IMG/VR virus record: IMGVR_UViG_3300028654_000194
Strand: one strand, 5' to 3'
DNA length: 64,000 nt
DNA from: an uncultured virus (IMG/VR IMGVR_UViG_3300028654_000194)
Lineage: Duplodnaviria; Heunggongvirae; Uroviricota; Caudoviricetes
Shown here: positions 9,696 through 19,456 of the stretch, in pieces
Position numbering within the stretch: the first letter of the stretch is position 1
Layout: each line of letters starts with the position of its first letter
Position numbers and translations under genes: made by a program
Notes under the pieces: generated by a model
Seen by the model: only the letters and a program-made list of their open reading frames with translations
The model's database searches: none
Told to the model about the DNA's origin: nothing

Positions 9696-11471
9696 ATGCC
9701 CCTTATTCGACGCGGTAATCCTCGCGGTTTCACAATCAATCGTTCGCATCCGGCGGCGAAAAACTGCATGGGGTTGATGGTTCCGAACTCTGGCGGAACT
9801 ACGATCAAATGTCGCGATTTAATCACGAAGCAAAAAGGTGTATCGGTCGGCACCGTCAACGCGGCGATGAAGCGGTCTATCGGTCTGACGGCGAATGTCG
9901 CCAGCGCTACGGCTTGCCTTGAAGTCTCAAATCGTCCGACAACCGTTCCGGCGAATTTCACATTCGCGTGCCTCTGGATACCGAACGGCACGGGTTCGGC
10001 TGGCACACTAATAAGCACGAATACGACTACAGCAACGGGGCTTGAGCTTAATTGCACGCTAACGAATTTTGTCAATCTCGCCTCGGCTGGAACTGCGTTT
10101 CTCACTTCAACGTTGGCGATTGCGTCGGGTGGCGTTTATTTCATCGCCGGATCGTGCCGCACAACGGGTGGCGGTGCGGATACGGCGTTGCTCGTCAAGC
10201 GCCTTGATGCGGCTGGCTATCAGCTTGACATTGGAACGACCGCGCCCGCCGCCGCGACTTTCACTTCGACGTGGCCTCTGATCGGTCATCCGACGAATGC
10301 AAAAGCAGCGTTTTTTGGATTTTCGCTTTTTTCATACGAATATCTAGATCCCGGTCAGCTTGAAAAATGGGCGCGCGATCCGTGGTCGATCTTTCAGCGC
10401 GGAAGTGATGTTCCTTTCTTCTCTTTCGCGTCATCCGGCTTCGCCCTGACAGCAGGCTTCCCGTTCCTCTCAGAACATCTGTCTGCTGAAGTGGCGAATG
10501 AAAATGCGATGATGGGCCACAACAGTGGCAGGGTCGCAAATGGCCTCTTGTACGCCGAACATCTGCAAGCGGAACAGTCCAACGTCATTGTGCTTGCGGA
10601 ACACCTGATCGCTGAACAGGGCAATCAGACCGACCAGATGATGCACCGTGGAACGCTGGCAGCAGACCGCCAGTTCTACGTCGAACATCTTGTCGGTGAA
10701 GTAGCCACTGAAGCGTTCTATGCGGAACACTTGCAGCTTGCGCTGGCAGATCGTCCGTTCATCACGGAGCATCTTGTCTTTGAGCGTGGCGACACGCTGG
10801 TCAACATGATGCACCTTGGTTCCGGCTTCGCGGAAACGACCGATGGATTTATGCCGCTGGCGCATCGTGTAGCTGAACAAGTGGATCGTCCGTTCAACGC
10901 CGAACATCTGGTTGCTGAAGTAGCCAACGAAACTGTCAGCGCGGAACATCTGGTGTTTGAAGATGGCGACCGCGTCATTGGTGTTGAACATCTGGTGTTC
11001 GAAAGCTTCTCTGAACTAGTGGTGTTCTCTCACGCATCGCTGGCCATCTCACCGCAGGCCGACACGTTCATACCCCTCGCACACCGCGTGGCGGAACAGA
11101 GTGACAAGCCCGCCGCGATGATGCACCGCGCGAACTTGGTATCGGACAGTCCGCTGCCGGTCGCGCACCTGCTGAACGTCATATCGCTGATCGCCAGCGA
11201 ACTACTGCCGCTGGCACACAACGTTCGTGAAGCTTCCGATCTGGCGATGTTCATCGCGCATGTCGGCGGCGCTATTGGCGGCAACCCTGATCTGAAGTGG
11301 CTGCTGACCAATTCGAACGTCCGCATCACGACGCTTCAGAACATACCGGGGCGCACGTTGACCCTGACCAATCCAGCCGGGCGCAAGTTCTTCCTTCAGA
11401 ACATCACGGTGCGCCAGCTTTCAATCTTCAACGCGATCAAGCGCAAGCTTGGCCTGCAAAGGATCAACTGA
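9696..11471 (+). CDS. Putative fibre/decoration protein: lectin/LamG-like N-terminal half plus about 19 His-anchored 14-aa repeats
   Basis: Repeats such as FYAEHLQLALADRP and FNAEHLVAEVANET in the C-terminal half. Confidence 0.65.
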   Translation: MPLIRRGNPRGFTINRSHPAAKNCMGLMVPNSGGTTIKCRDLITKQKGVSVGTVNAAMKRSIGLTANVASATACLEVSNRPTTVPANFTFACLWIPNGTGSAGTLISTNTTTATGLELNCTLTNFVNLASAGTAFLTSTLAIASGGVYFIAGSCRTTGGGADTALLVKRLDAAGYQLDIGTTAPAAATFTSTWPLIGHPTNAKAAFFGFSLFSYEYLDPGQLEKWARDPWSIFQRGSDVPFFSFASSGFALTAGFPFLSEHLSAEVANENAMMGHNSGRVANGLLYAEHLQAEQSNVIVLAEHLIAEQGNQTDQMMHRGTLAADRQFYVEHLVGEVATEAFYAEHLQLALADRPFITEHLVFERGDTLVNMMHLGSGFAETTDGFMPLAHRVAEQVDRPFNAEHLVAEVANETVSAEHLVFEDGDRVIGVEHLVFESFSELVVFSHASLAISPQADTFIPLAHRVAEQSDKPAAMMHRANLVSDSPLPVAHLLNVISLIASELLPLAHNVREASDLAMFIAHVGGAIGGNPDLKWLLTNSNVRITTLQNIPGRTLTLTNPAGRKFFLQNITVRQLSIFNAIKRKLGLQRIN

Positions 11472-11786
11472 ATGTATGCCGGGACGGATTTCAGTGAAGT
11501 CAACGCACCTGAAAGCGTTCCGCTGACGTTCGATTTCGTCAAGGACGTGAAGTCTGTTGGCGTCACCATCGTGTCGGCTGTGTGGACGTGCGTTGCTTCG
11601 ACAGGTGCAGATGCCAGCGCGGCGACGCGCCTGACAGGTGCGCCAACCAACAGCGGCACACAATCGACGCAGACATTCGCCAACGGCCTGCCCGGCGTGA
11701 AGTACATCGTGGCCTGCGTGGCGACGATGTCAGACGGATCGAAACTGGAATTGTATTCGCACGTACCTTGCCGTGCGGTCAGCTAA
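11472..11786 (+). CDS. Hypothetical Ig-like structural protein
   Basis: 104-aa beta-rich ORF in operon order. Confidence 0.6.
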   Translation: MYAGTDFSEVNAPESVPLTFDFVKDVKSVGVTIVSAVWTCVASTGADASAATRLTGAPTNSGTQSTQTFANGLPGVKYIVACVATMSDGSKLELYSHVPCRAVS

Positions 11787-11798
11787 GGAGTTTTGAAA

Positions 11799-13670
11799 AT
11801 GGAATTGAATATCTTTGTTCCGATCACCAAGATCGATGTCGCCAAGCGTTTGGTCTACGGCGCGGTCGCCAGTGAGACACCGGACAAGTCCGGCGAAAGC
11901 ATGGACTACAAGACCGCCAAGCCAGAGTTCGCGAAGTGGTCGGCTGACATCGCCAAGGTCACGGAAGGCAAGTCTGTCGGCAACATGCGCGTGATGCACG
12001 GCAATAAGGTCGCCGGGAAGTTCACCGACATCGCTTTCGATGACGACAACAAGCGCATCGAAATGTGCGGCAAGGTCGTGGACGATGTCGAATGGAACAA
12101 CGTGCTTGAAGGTTGCTACACCGGCTTCAGCATGGGCGGTTCCTATCTGAAACGCTGGGTCGATGGCGATGTCACCAAGTACACACCGCGTGTCGCGGAA
12201 GTCAGTCTGGTGGACAACCCCTGCATCCCCGACGCGACGTTCAGTGTCGTCAAGGCCGACGGCAGCATCGAACTGAAGAAGTTCATCCAACACAAGGAGA
12301 CGACAGTGACACAGCCGACCAACGATCAGGTCGCAGCACGCGCACGCGAAATGGCGAAGGCGGCTGGCGATGAAACCAAGTGGGCATCGCACGTCGAAGA
12401 AGCCCGCGCAGAATTTGACCGCGCCGCCGATCCACTGAAGAAAACCGCGCCGGTGACAGAAGTGCCTGTCGTGGTCGGTGAGACTGATAACACCATTGAT
12501 GTCGCGATGGTCACTAAGACTGTCGCTGACGACTTCGGCGTTGAGCAGGTGTGGAAGTCGAAAGACGGCACGACCTTCAAGAAGAAAGCCGACGCGCTGG
12601 CGCACAACGAAAAGCTGGCGACCGATGAAGCCATCGCCAAGGCCGTCGCGCCTGTCACGGAAGTGATCGCGGAAATCAACGCTGCGCTGGGCAAGACCGA
12701 TGTCGTCAAGGATGATGACATGGCGCAGGCCGCGCCGGGCGCAGGCACTGGCGCTGCGGACGGTGAAGACCCGGACACCGCCACCAAGATCGCGGCTGTT
12801 GACGGCAACGCTGGCAACAACGCCGACGTGCCTGCTGCTGGCACCGATGCAGGGCCGAAGGTCGTCACTGGCGGCGACACGGCTGTCGATGCCGACAAGG
12901 ACAAGGAACTGGCGACACGCAGCACGGCAGAAACGACCAAGGCTGCGACACCGCTTGGTCTGAAGAAGGGTCTGTGGATCGTGTCGTGCGCGTCCGACCT
13001 TCTTAGCCAGATCAACAGCATTTGCGACGCGTTCGCGGACGAACAGTTCTGGGAACAGGACATGGACGCTGCGCCGGTCGTTGCGCAGTTCAAGGCATGG
13101 GTGATGGATGGCGCGAAACTGCTTCAGGCTCTTGTGGTCGAAGAAACGCAGGAAATCATCCAAGACGGCGGTGACATCGATGACGGCATCCTTGCGCTCT
13201 ACGCAGCGCCGGGAAAGAAGCGCGATGCGTTGGTCAAATTGTTCGGCGCATCGAAGGTCGGTGTCGCTCTAGAGAAGGCAACGCAGAGTTCCGACACACG
13301 CGTCCAGTCGATGCACGACAACGCGGTCGAACTCGGCGCGACTTGCGAGCATGCCGAAAAGTCTGCCGCCACTGGTGAACTCAAGAAGATGGCAGCGGAA
13401 CGCGATGGCTTGCAGAAGTCGCTTGGCGAACTCGGCAACACGCTGAAGGATGTTCTGGAACGCGTGAAGAAAGTCGAAGCCCAGCCGATGCCGGGCGGCG
13501 CGATCCGCAACAACCTGACTACCTTGGACAAGTCCGTCGATAGCGGCCTGCCCGCAGCGGACCCGACATTCGAAGCACGGCTTGCCAAGATGACGTCGGA
13601 TCAAATCTCGATGCTCTTGATCAAGCTGTCGCAACAGAACGGCCAGAAGTTCGGGCCGCAAGGAACGTAA
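11799..13670 (+). CDS. Prohead protease / scaffold fusion
   Basis: N-terminal HK97/XkdF-like protease motifs (VMH, YTGFSMGG, EVSLVDNPC); long A/D/K-rich helical C-terminus; precedes capsid. Confidence 0.8.
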   Translation: MELNIFVPITKIDVAKRLVYGAVASETPDKSGESMDYKTAKPEFAKWSADIAKVTEGKSVGNMRVMHGNKVAGKFTDIAFDDDNKRIEMCGKVVDDVEWNNVLEGCYTGFSMGGSYLKRWVDGDVTKYTPRVAEVSLVDNPCIPDATFSVVKADGSIELKKFIQHKETTVTQPTNDQVAARAREMAKAAGDETKWASHVEEARAEFDRAADPLKKTAPVTEVPVVVGETDNTIDVAMVTKTVADDFGVEQVWKSKDGTTFKKKADALAHNEKLATDEAIAKAVAPVTEVIAEINAALGKTDVVKDDDMAQAAPGAGTGAADGEDPDTATKIAAVDGNAGNNADVPAAGTDAGPKVVTGGDTAVDADKDKELATRSTAETTKAATPLGLKKGLWIVSCASDLLSQINSICDAFADEQFWEQDMDAAPVVAQFKAWVMDGAKLLQALVVEETQEIIQDGGDIDDGILALYAAPGKKRDALVKLFGASKVGVALEKATQSSDTRVQSMHDNAVELGATCEHAEKSAATGELKKMAAERDGLQKSLGELGNTLKDVLERVKKVEAQPMPGGAIRNNLTTLDKSVDSGLPAADPTFEARLAKMTSDQISMLLIKLSQQNGQKFGPQGT

Positions 13671-13748
13671 TTCGCCGGGGACGGCAAATATGCGCGGGGA
13701 CGCGCAAGCACTGCAACACATCCAACCCTCACAACAGGAACAACGACA

Positions 13749-15266
13749 ATGAACCAAGCGGAACTTCAGCAGACGCTGGAACTGATCCGCAAGGCACAGG
13801 GTTCGCCCATGGGCGACCCGCGTCTTGATGGATTGGCCAAGTCCACGTTTGCGCAGTCAGGATCGGCAGTGTCCGGCCTGACTTTCTACGATCTGGAACT
13901 GGGTGCGAAACTTCTCTACCCGGTTCTGACGCCTTTGCGTAACATCACGCCGCGTGTCAGCGGCAAGGGTGGCATTCAGGCGGCGTGGCGTGCGATCACC
14001 GCCATCAACACGTCCGGCATGCGTGTCGGTGTGTCTGGCGGCAATCGTGGCGGCGTGATGGCCATCGGCACGACCGACTACACCGCTGCCTACAAGGGCA
14101 TCGGAATTGAAAGCAACGTCGATTTCGAAGCACAGTATGCGGGTCAGGGTTTTGACGACATCCGCGCACTGGCTGCGAAGACGGGTCTTGAAGCCCTGAT
14201 GCTTGGCGAAGAAGCCATGCTTCTTGGCGGCAACACCAGCGTTGCACTCGGCACGACCGGCACACCGACCGGCTTCACGCAGGCCACCACTGGTGGCGCG
14301 ATCAGCAATATGACCATCTCGGTCATCTGCGTCGCGCTCTCTCTGGACGGTTTCCTGAACGGTTCGGTGACTGGTGGCATTCAGGCGTCGATCAACCGCA
14401 CGAATGCTGACAGTTCGTCCGACACGTTCGGCGGCGGTTCGGCCCAGAAGTCCACCAACGGCACCCTTGTGGTGAACGGCGGTGGTTCCACGCAGTCCGT
14501 CACCTGCAACGTTCCGGTCAAGTCCGGCGCAGTTGGCTACGCATGGTTCTGGGGAACGGCGGGTAACGAAGCCCTTGGTGCGATCACGACCATCAACAGC
14601 GTTGTCATCACGACCACGACTGGTGCGGGTTCGCAGCTTGCGTCTTCGCTTCCGTCTTCGGATCAGTCCACCAACGCGCTTGCGTTCGATGGTCTGCTTT
14701 ATCAGGCGTTCAAGTCCGGTTCCAATGCCTATATCGCCACGCAGGCGACAGGTACGAACGGCGCTGGCACGCCTCTGACGGCAGACACCTTCGGTGGTGT
14801 GACGGAAATCGAAGTCATGCTGAAAAGCATGTGGGACAACTACCGTCTGTCGCCTGACACGTTCTGGGTCAACTCTCAGGAAGCGCGCAACATCACCAAC
14901 AAGGTGCTGTCCGGTTCTTCGTCCGCTGCCCAGCGTTTCGTGTTCAACAGCGTGCAGGATGCAGTGGCTGGCGGAATGATGATCCGCAACTACTTCAACC
15001 GCTACTCGCTGACGGGTGCGAAGACCATCGACATCAAAATCCATCCGAACCTTCCGGCTGGAACTTTGCTGGCGACGACTTCGATGTTGCCTTACCCCCT
15101 GTCGAATGTGTCGAACGTGTTTCAGGTTCGCACGCGTCAGGACTACTACCAGATCGAATGGCCGCTGCGCTCGCGCAAATACGAGTACGGCATTTATGCT
15201 GACGAAGTTCTTCAGCATTATTTCCCGCCTTCGATGGGCATCATCACCAACATCGGCAACGGTTAA
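13749..15266 (+). CDS. Major capsid protein
   Basis: 505 aa after the scaffold, strong RBS, AFDGLL and IHPNLPAG motifs, followed by a terminator. Confidence 0.8.
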   Translation: MNQAELQQTLELIRKAQGSPMGDPRLDGLAKSTFAQSGSAVSGLTFYDLELGAKLLYPVLTPLRNITPRVSGKGGIQAAWRAITAINTSGMRVGVSGGNRGGVMAIGTTDYTAAYKGIGIESNVDFEAQYAGQGFDDIRALAAKTGLEALMLGEEAMLLGGNTSVALGTTGTPTGFTQATTGGAISNMTISVICVALSLDGFLNGSVTGGIQASINRTNADSSSDTFGGGSAQKSTNGTLVVNGGGSTQSVTCNVPVKSGAVGYAWFWGTAGNEALGAITTINSVVITTTTGAGSQLASSLPSSDQSTNALAFDGLLYQAFKSGSNAYIATQATGTNGAGTPLTADTFGGVTEIEVMLKSMWDNYRLSPDTFWVNSQEARNITNKVLSGSSSAAQRFVFNSVQDAVAGGMMIRNYFNRYSLTGAKTIDIKIHPNLPAGTLLATTSMLPYPLSNVSNVFQVRTRQDYYQIEWPLRSRKYEYGIYADEVLQHYFPPSMGIITNIGNG

Positions 15267-15279
15267 GTGAGTAAAGTTT

Positions 15280-15313
15280 GCGCGCCAGCATCTCTGCTGG
15301 CGCGCATCCTTTT
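15280..15313 (+). terminator. Rho-independent terminator after capsid
   Basis: GCGCGCCAGC-ATCTCT-GCTGGCGCGC followed by ATCCTTTT. Confidence 0.7.
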
Positions 15314-15328
15314 CTATACAGGTGATGA

Positions 15329-16174
15329 ATGAAGGGTGATCTTGTTCTTCTGGATGACGTGAAGGCGTGGGTCTACAAGACCCCCGCTGGCGCTGGCGCA
15401 GGCGCCAATGACGCCCTCCTGAAAAGCATGATCACGCGGTTCTCGCAGCTTTGCGTGACCTACGTGAACCGCGTTCCGTTTTATAAATCAACCGTCACCG
15501 AAACGCGCAACGGTTACGGTTCGCACAAGATGATACTGCGCGAATGGCCGGTGCTGTCTGTCACATCGGTCTACGTGGACAACCAGCCTGTGTCGCCCGG
15601 CAGCAGCGTACCCGGCAGCGGATCGGGTTGGTCTGACGGCTACTATCTTGAAAGCTGGGACGGCACTGTGCCGGGCAATCCGCAAGGCGTGACGCTCTAC
15701 GGGTCGTGCTTCCCGCAAGGCGAGATGCGCACGCAGATCAGCTACGTCACCGGCTACACGGTGCTGAACGAACTTCAGACCATCCCCGCAGCGAACGGTG
15801 TGGTCACGGTCACGACGCAGCCGACATGGGTCTACGATGAAGGTGTTACCTTCGCTGCGACTGGCGTTGCGCTGACATTGGTGAACAGTGAGACACCGGC
15901 CAGCGGCCAGTACGCGCTTGGACCGGCTGGTGGCCAGTACATCTTCTCTGCTGCCGATGTCGGTCTGGGCGTGAAGATCAGCTACGACTTCGTGCCGGTC
16001 GATCTTCAGCAGGCGCTGATCGAATGGATCGCTGACCGCTACGCCTACATGACGCGTGTCGGCGTCAACTCGCAAACGGTCGGCGGGCAGATGACGACAT
16101 CCTATTCGGTCAAGGCGGTGCCTGACTTCGTGAAGATGATACTGCAACAGTACCAGCGCGTGATCATGGTATGA
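15329..16174 (+). CDS. Head-tail adaptor/connector protein
   Basis: LDDVKAW N-terminus, VPVDLQQA and ILQQYQR C-terminus. Confidence 0.75.
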   Translation: MKGDLVLLDDVKAWVYKTPAGAGAGANDALLKSMITRFSQLCVTYVNRVPFYKSTVTETRNGYGSHKMILREWPVLSVTSVYVDNQPVSPGSSVPGSGSGWSDGYYLESWDGTVPGNPQGVTLYGSCFPQGEMRTQISYVTGYTVLNELQTIPAANGVVTVTTQPTWVYDEGVTFAATGVALTLVNSETPASGQYALGPAGGQYIFSAADVGLGVKISYDFVPVDLQQALIEWIADRYAYMTRVGVNSQTVGGQMTTSYSVKAVPDFVKMILQQYQRVIMV

Positions 16175-16680
16175 GCGACACGGAAATCACCGTGATCGTG
16201 GACTACCAGACCGCACTGGACACGATGACGAAGCGCGGCAAAGACCTTTACACCAAGGTTCGCAACGCGGTCATCCAGCAGCAACAGGCGCTGTATACGT
16301 TGATCCAGCAAAAGCTGGATGGTCAGGTGCTGAACGTTCGCACCGGCAAACTTCGCCGCAGCATTCAACGATCCAGTATCCTTGAAGGCTATGGAGTGAT
16401 CGCAGGTTACGTCTATTCGGACAGTTCCGTCCGCTACGGCGCGATCCATGAGTTCGGCGGCACCATCCACCATCCCGGTGGCACCGCGTACTGGATCGAC
16501 GCCAGCGGCATGATGCGCTTCGTCAGCAACGACATGGCGTCGCGCGTTCACTCTGGCGAATTCCCGCGCACACGGCCACACGACATTGTCATGCCGGAAC
16601 GGTCCTTCATGCGATCCGCACTGCGCGAACGCGAAGCCGACATCCGCGCAGCACTCGCAGAAGCGGTGAAACCAGAATGA
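16171..16680 (+). CDS. Neck/tail-completion protein (HK97 gp10 / virion morphogenesis-like)
   Basis: RTGKLRRSI, YGAIHEFGG and MPERSFMRSAL motifs. Confidence 0.75.
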   Translation: MSDTEITVIVDYQTALDTMTKRGKDLYTKVRNAVIQQQQALYTLIQQKLDGQVLNVRTGKLRRSIQRSSILEGYGVIAGYVYSDSSVRYGAIHEFGGTIHHPGGTAYWIDASGMMRFVSNDMASRVHSGEFPRTRPHDIVMPERSFMRSALREREADIRAALAEAVKPE

Positions 16681-17156
16681 GTTTTTACAGCAACCCTGAA
16701 ACAGTGTTCGCCGCCTTGTGGGCGTTGGTGGCAGGCAACCCCGCCTTCGCCTACACATCGCGCCGCTGGCAGATATGGACGGAACTGCGTCCTGATCAGC
16801 AGCCTGCGATCTTTCAGGTGCAGGTGCCGCAACGCACGATCCAATTCGACTACAGCAGCAAGTCGATGCCCATCGTCAGGTACATGGCGGAATGGATCAT
16901 CTACAGCCGCACGGAAGACACGCAGCAGGGCATCCCGTCCACCAACATCAACAACCTTGTCGGTATCGCGACGGCATTGCTGGAACCTGTGAACTTCGCG
17001 ATGCAGGGGCCGGTCCAGAAGCCGCTGTTTGACGCGACTGGAAACCAGATCGCATACAACGTGAAGGTCACAGAGATAAACATAGTTGAAGGCGTGGGTG
17101 GCGATAACGCCCAAAGCCTTGCCTACATCCCGCTTGAAATCACACGTCCAGTCTAA
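16677..17156 (+). CDS. Putative tail terminator protein
   Basis: Position between neck and tail tube genes. Confidence 0.55.
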   Translation: MSFYSNPETVFAALWALVAGNPAFAYTSRRWQIWTELRPDQQPAIFQVQVPQRTIQFDYSSKSMPIVRYMAEWIIYSRTEDTQQGIPSTNINNLVGIATALLEPVNFAMQGPVQKPLFDATGNQIAYNVKVTEINIVEGVGGDNAQSLAYIPLEITRPV

Positions 17157-17168
17157 AAGGAGTTTGAA

Positions 17169-17915
17169 ATGCAACTTAACTTCGGTGTCGGCACTGCTGT
17201 CGCAAAGCGCACGGACGTGGCCAACAACAAGCCGGTCCTGCTGGGTGTCTTGCAGGATTTGGAAATCGACTTCAGCCAGTCGGTGAAAGAACTGATCGGC
17301 CAGTACAAGCTGCCGGTCGATGTGGCACCTGCTGCCTTGAAGATCACAGGCAAGGCGAAGTTCGCCCGCATGCAGATCGACATGTTCAACGCACTGATGT
17401 TCGGAAACACGCTGACCGCTGCATCGGGCACCGATCTGATCGTCAACGAAGCGCACACGATGGCGGCGACGACATATACTGTCGCATTCGGCGCGACGTT
17501 CATTGAAGATCAGGGTGTGTTCTACCAGAACACCGGCATTCAGCTTCAGCCTATCTCTGCTGCGCCGGGTCTTGGTCAGTATATTCCGGGCGCAGTCGGC
17601 GTCGGAACGTACACCGTCAGCGCGGGCGACAACACTGCTGCGTTGTACTTCAACTACACGCGCACCGTCACCACGCTGATCAGCATGGCTGGCGCCAATG
17701 CGCTGATGGGTTCGGGACCGCAGTTCGAACTGCTGGCGTCGAACACCTACACCGTTCAAGGCGTCGTGAAGACGATGTACGTCAAGCTGAACGCTTGCCG
17801 CGCCACCAAGATGAACACGCCTTTCAAGAACACGGACTACACCATCGTGGACTTCGAATTTCAGGCGTTCATGGACGCGTCGCTGAACTGGGGCACACTC
17901 GCGCTGTCTGAATAA
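17169..17915 (+). CDS. Tail tube protein, copy 1
   Basis: 248 aa; position before chaperones and tape measure; paralogous to the next gene. Confidence 0.7.
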   Translation: MQLNFGVGTAVAKRTDVANNKPVLLGVLQDLEIDFSQSVKELIGQYKLPVDVAPAALKITGKAKFARMQIDMFNALMFGNTLTAASGTDLIVNEAHTMAATTYTVAFGATFIEDQGVFYQNTGIQLQPISAAPGLGQYIPGAVGVGTYTVSAGDNTAALYFNYTRTVTTLISMAGANALMGSGPQFELLASNTYTVQGVVKTMYVKLNACRATKMNTPFKNTDYTIVDFEFQAFMDASLNWGTLALSE

Positions 17916-17945
17916 GCTGGCGATCAACTAAACGGAGATAATTCA

Positions 17946-18692
17946 ATGCAACTCAATTTCGGTTCAGGCAACGCAATCGCCAAGCGCACAGACGTTCTGT
18001 ACAATCGTCCTGTCGTCCTTGGCGTCTTGCAGGATATTGAAATCGACTTCAGCCAGTCGATCAAGGAACTGATCGGCCAGTACAAGATGCCGGTGGACAT
18101 CGCACCTGCCGAACTCAAGATCACCGGCAAAGCGAAGTACGCCCGCATTCAGGCTGACGGGTTCAATGCGCTGCTGCTGGGCATGACGGAGACTGTCAAC
18201 GCAGGTTCGACAATCTCAGTGGCCGAAGCGCACACACCTGCGGCGGGCACGGCGACGATGGCCAACACCGCGACGTTCGTTGAAGACCTTGGTGTCTATT
18301 ACGTCAGCACCGGGCTTCAGCTTCAGCCTGCTGCGTCGGCCTCTGGCGCTGGCATCTATGTCGCGCCTGCGGCTGGTTCCGGCGTCTACACCCACAACGC
18401 CGCCGACAACACCATACCGTTGCTCTACACCTACAGCTACACCGTCTCGACGCTGCTGAACGTCGCTGGCACATCGGCGCTGATGGGTACAGGTCCGCAG
18501 TTCCAGTTGATCCTTGAACAGAACTACACCGTTCAGGGAACGACCAAGACGTTGTTCATGAAGTTTAACGCATGTCGCGCGACCAAGATGAACATGCCGA
18601 TGAAGAACACGGACTACACCATCAACGACTTTGAGTTCCAAGCGTTCGCGGACGGTTCGAACAACTGGGGCAGCATCGTGACATCGGAGTAA
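17946..18692 (+). CDS. Tail tube protein, copy 2
   Basis: 248 aa; shares MQLNFG, IDFSQS.KELIGQYK and ACRATKMN.P.KNTDYTI with copy 1. Confidence 0.7.
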   Translation: MQLNFGSGNAIAKRTDVLYNRPVVLGVLQDIEIDFSQSIKELIGQYKMPVDIAPAELKITGKAKYARIQADGFNALLLGMTETVNAGSTISVAEAHTPAAGTATMANTATFVEDLGVYYVSTGLQLQPAASASGAGIYVAPAAGSGVYTHNAADNTIPLLYTYSYTVSTLLNVAGTSALMGTGPQFQLILEQNYTVQGTTKTLFMKFNACRATKMNMPMKNTDYTINDFEFQAFADGSNNWGSIVTSE

Positions 18693-18697
18693 GTTGA

Positions 18698-18886
18698 ATG
18701 AAACGCATGCGGGGCAAGCAAGGCTTCGCCGTTCAAAATTCGGTCTACGCACCGGATGAGAACGGCGAAGTCCTCGTATCTGACCATCACGTCGAAACAG
18801 CGAAGGCACACGGATATGCCGAAGTCGAACCCGCTTCACCCGTTGATGCAGGACCGGCTGAAGCCGAACCGGAAGCTTCTGATTGA
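18698..18886 (+). CDS. Small hypothetical protein (Y-x-PD-x-NG domain)
   Basis: 62 aa with GGAG upstream; similar to the TerL C-terminus and the N-terminus of 4518-5270. Confidence 0.6.
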   Translation: MKRMRGKQGFAVQNSVYAPDENGEVLVSDHHVETAKAHGYAEVEPASPVDAGPAEAEPEASD

Positions 18887-19445
18887 ATACCCATCAATCG
18901 TAGTTGCCGGGCTGGCGTGGCCCATTCCACCGTTTGCGCCGCGCCAGCTTCGCTTCATCCTTCCTGCCATGGACCGCCTGCAAGCCAACAGCTACGACGC
19001 GCTGGTGGACATCGTGTTCATGGCGCTGACGCGCGGACATCCTGACATCGACAAGGATGACTTCGAAGACTGGCCAGTCTCCACCACCGAACTGCGCGAA
19101 GCGGTTCCGGTCATCATGCGCCAGACCGGCCTGCGTGACGACAAGAAGAAACCCGGCCCGCTATCGGTCAAACCTGAGTGGCCGGACTGGGACGCGGTGA
19201 TCGCAGAGTTCTGCAACTTCCTGCCGGGCACCACGCCTGACTACTGGGAAGACGCGCTGACGGTCGCGCGCATGAACGCCCAGTACGCAGCATGGAAGAA
19301 GTACCCGCCGCTGCCAGTCGTGGCTGCTGGCTATCTGAAATATAAACCTGACGCAGAAGTTCAGGACGACATCGAACCGATGGACGCCAGCACCGTTGAC
19401 CGGCTGCTGAACATGTTCCCTGAAGGCGATATAAAAATAAACTGA
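18846..19445 (+). CDS. Tail assembly chaperone, GT-like long form (start uncertain)
   Basis: N-terminal half paralogous to 19457-19840; extra C-terminal helical domain. Confidence 0.6.
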   Translation: MQDRLKPNRKLLIEYPSIVVAGLAWPIPPFAPRQLRFILPAMDRLQANSYDALVDIVFMALTRGHPDIDKDDFEDWPVSTTELREAVPVIMRQTGLRDDKKKPGPLSVKPEWPDWDAVIAEFCNFLPGTTPDYWEDALTVARMNAQYAAWKKYPPLPVVAAGYLKYKPDAEVQDDIEPMDASTVDRLLNMFPEGDIKIN

Positions 19446-19456
19446 AGGAGAAGAAG

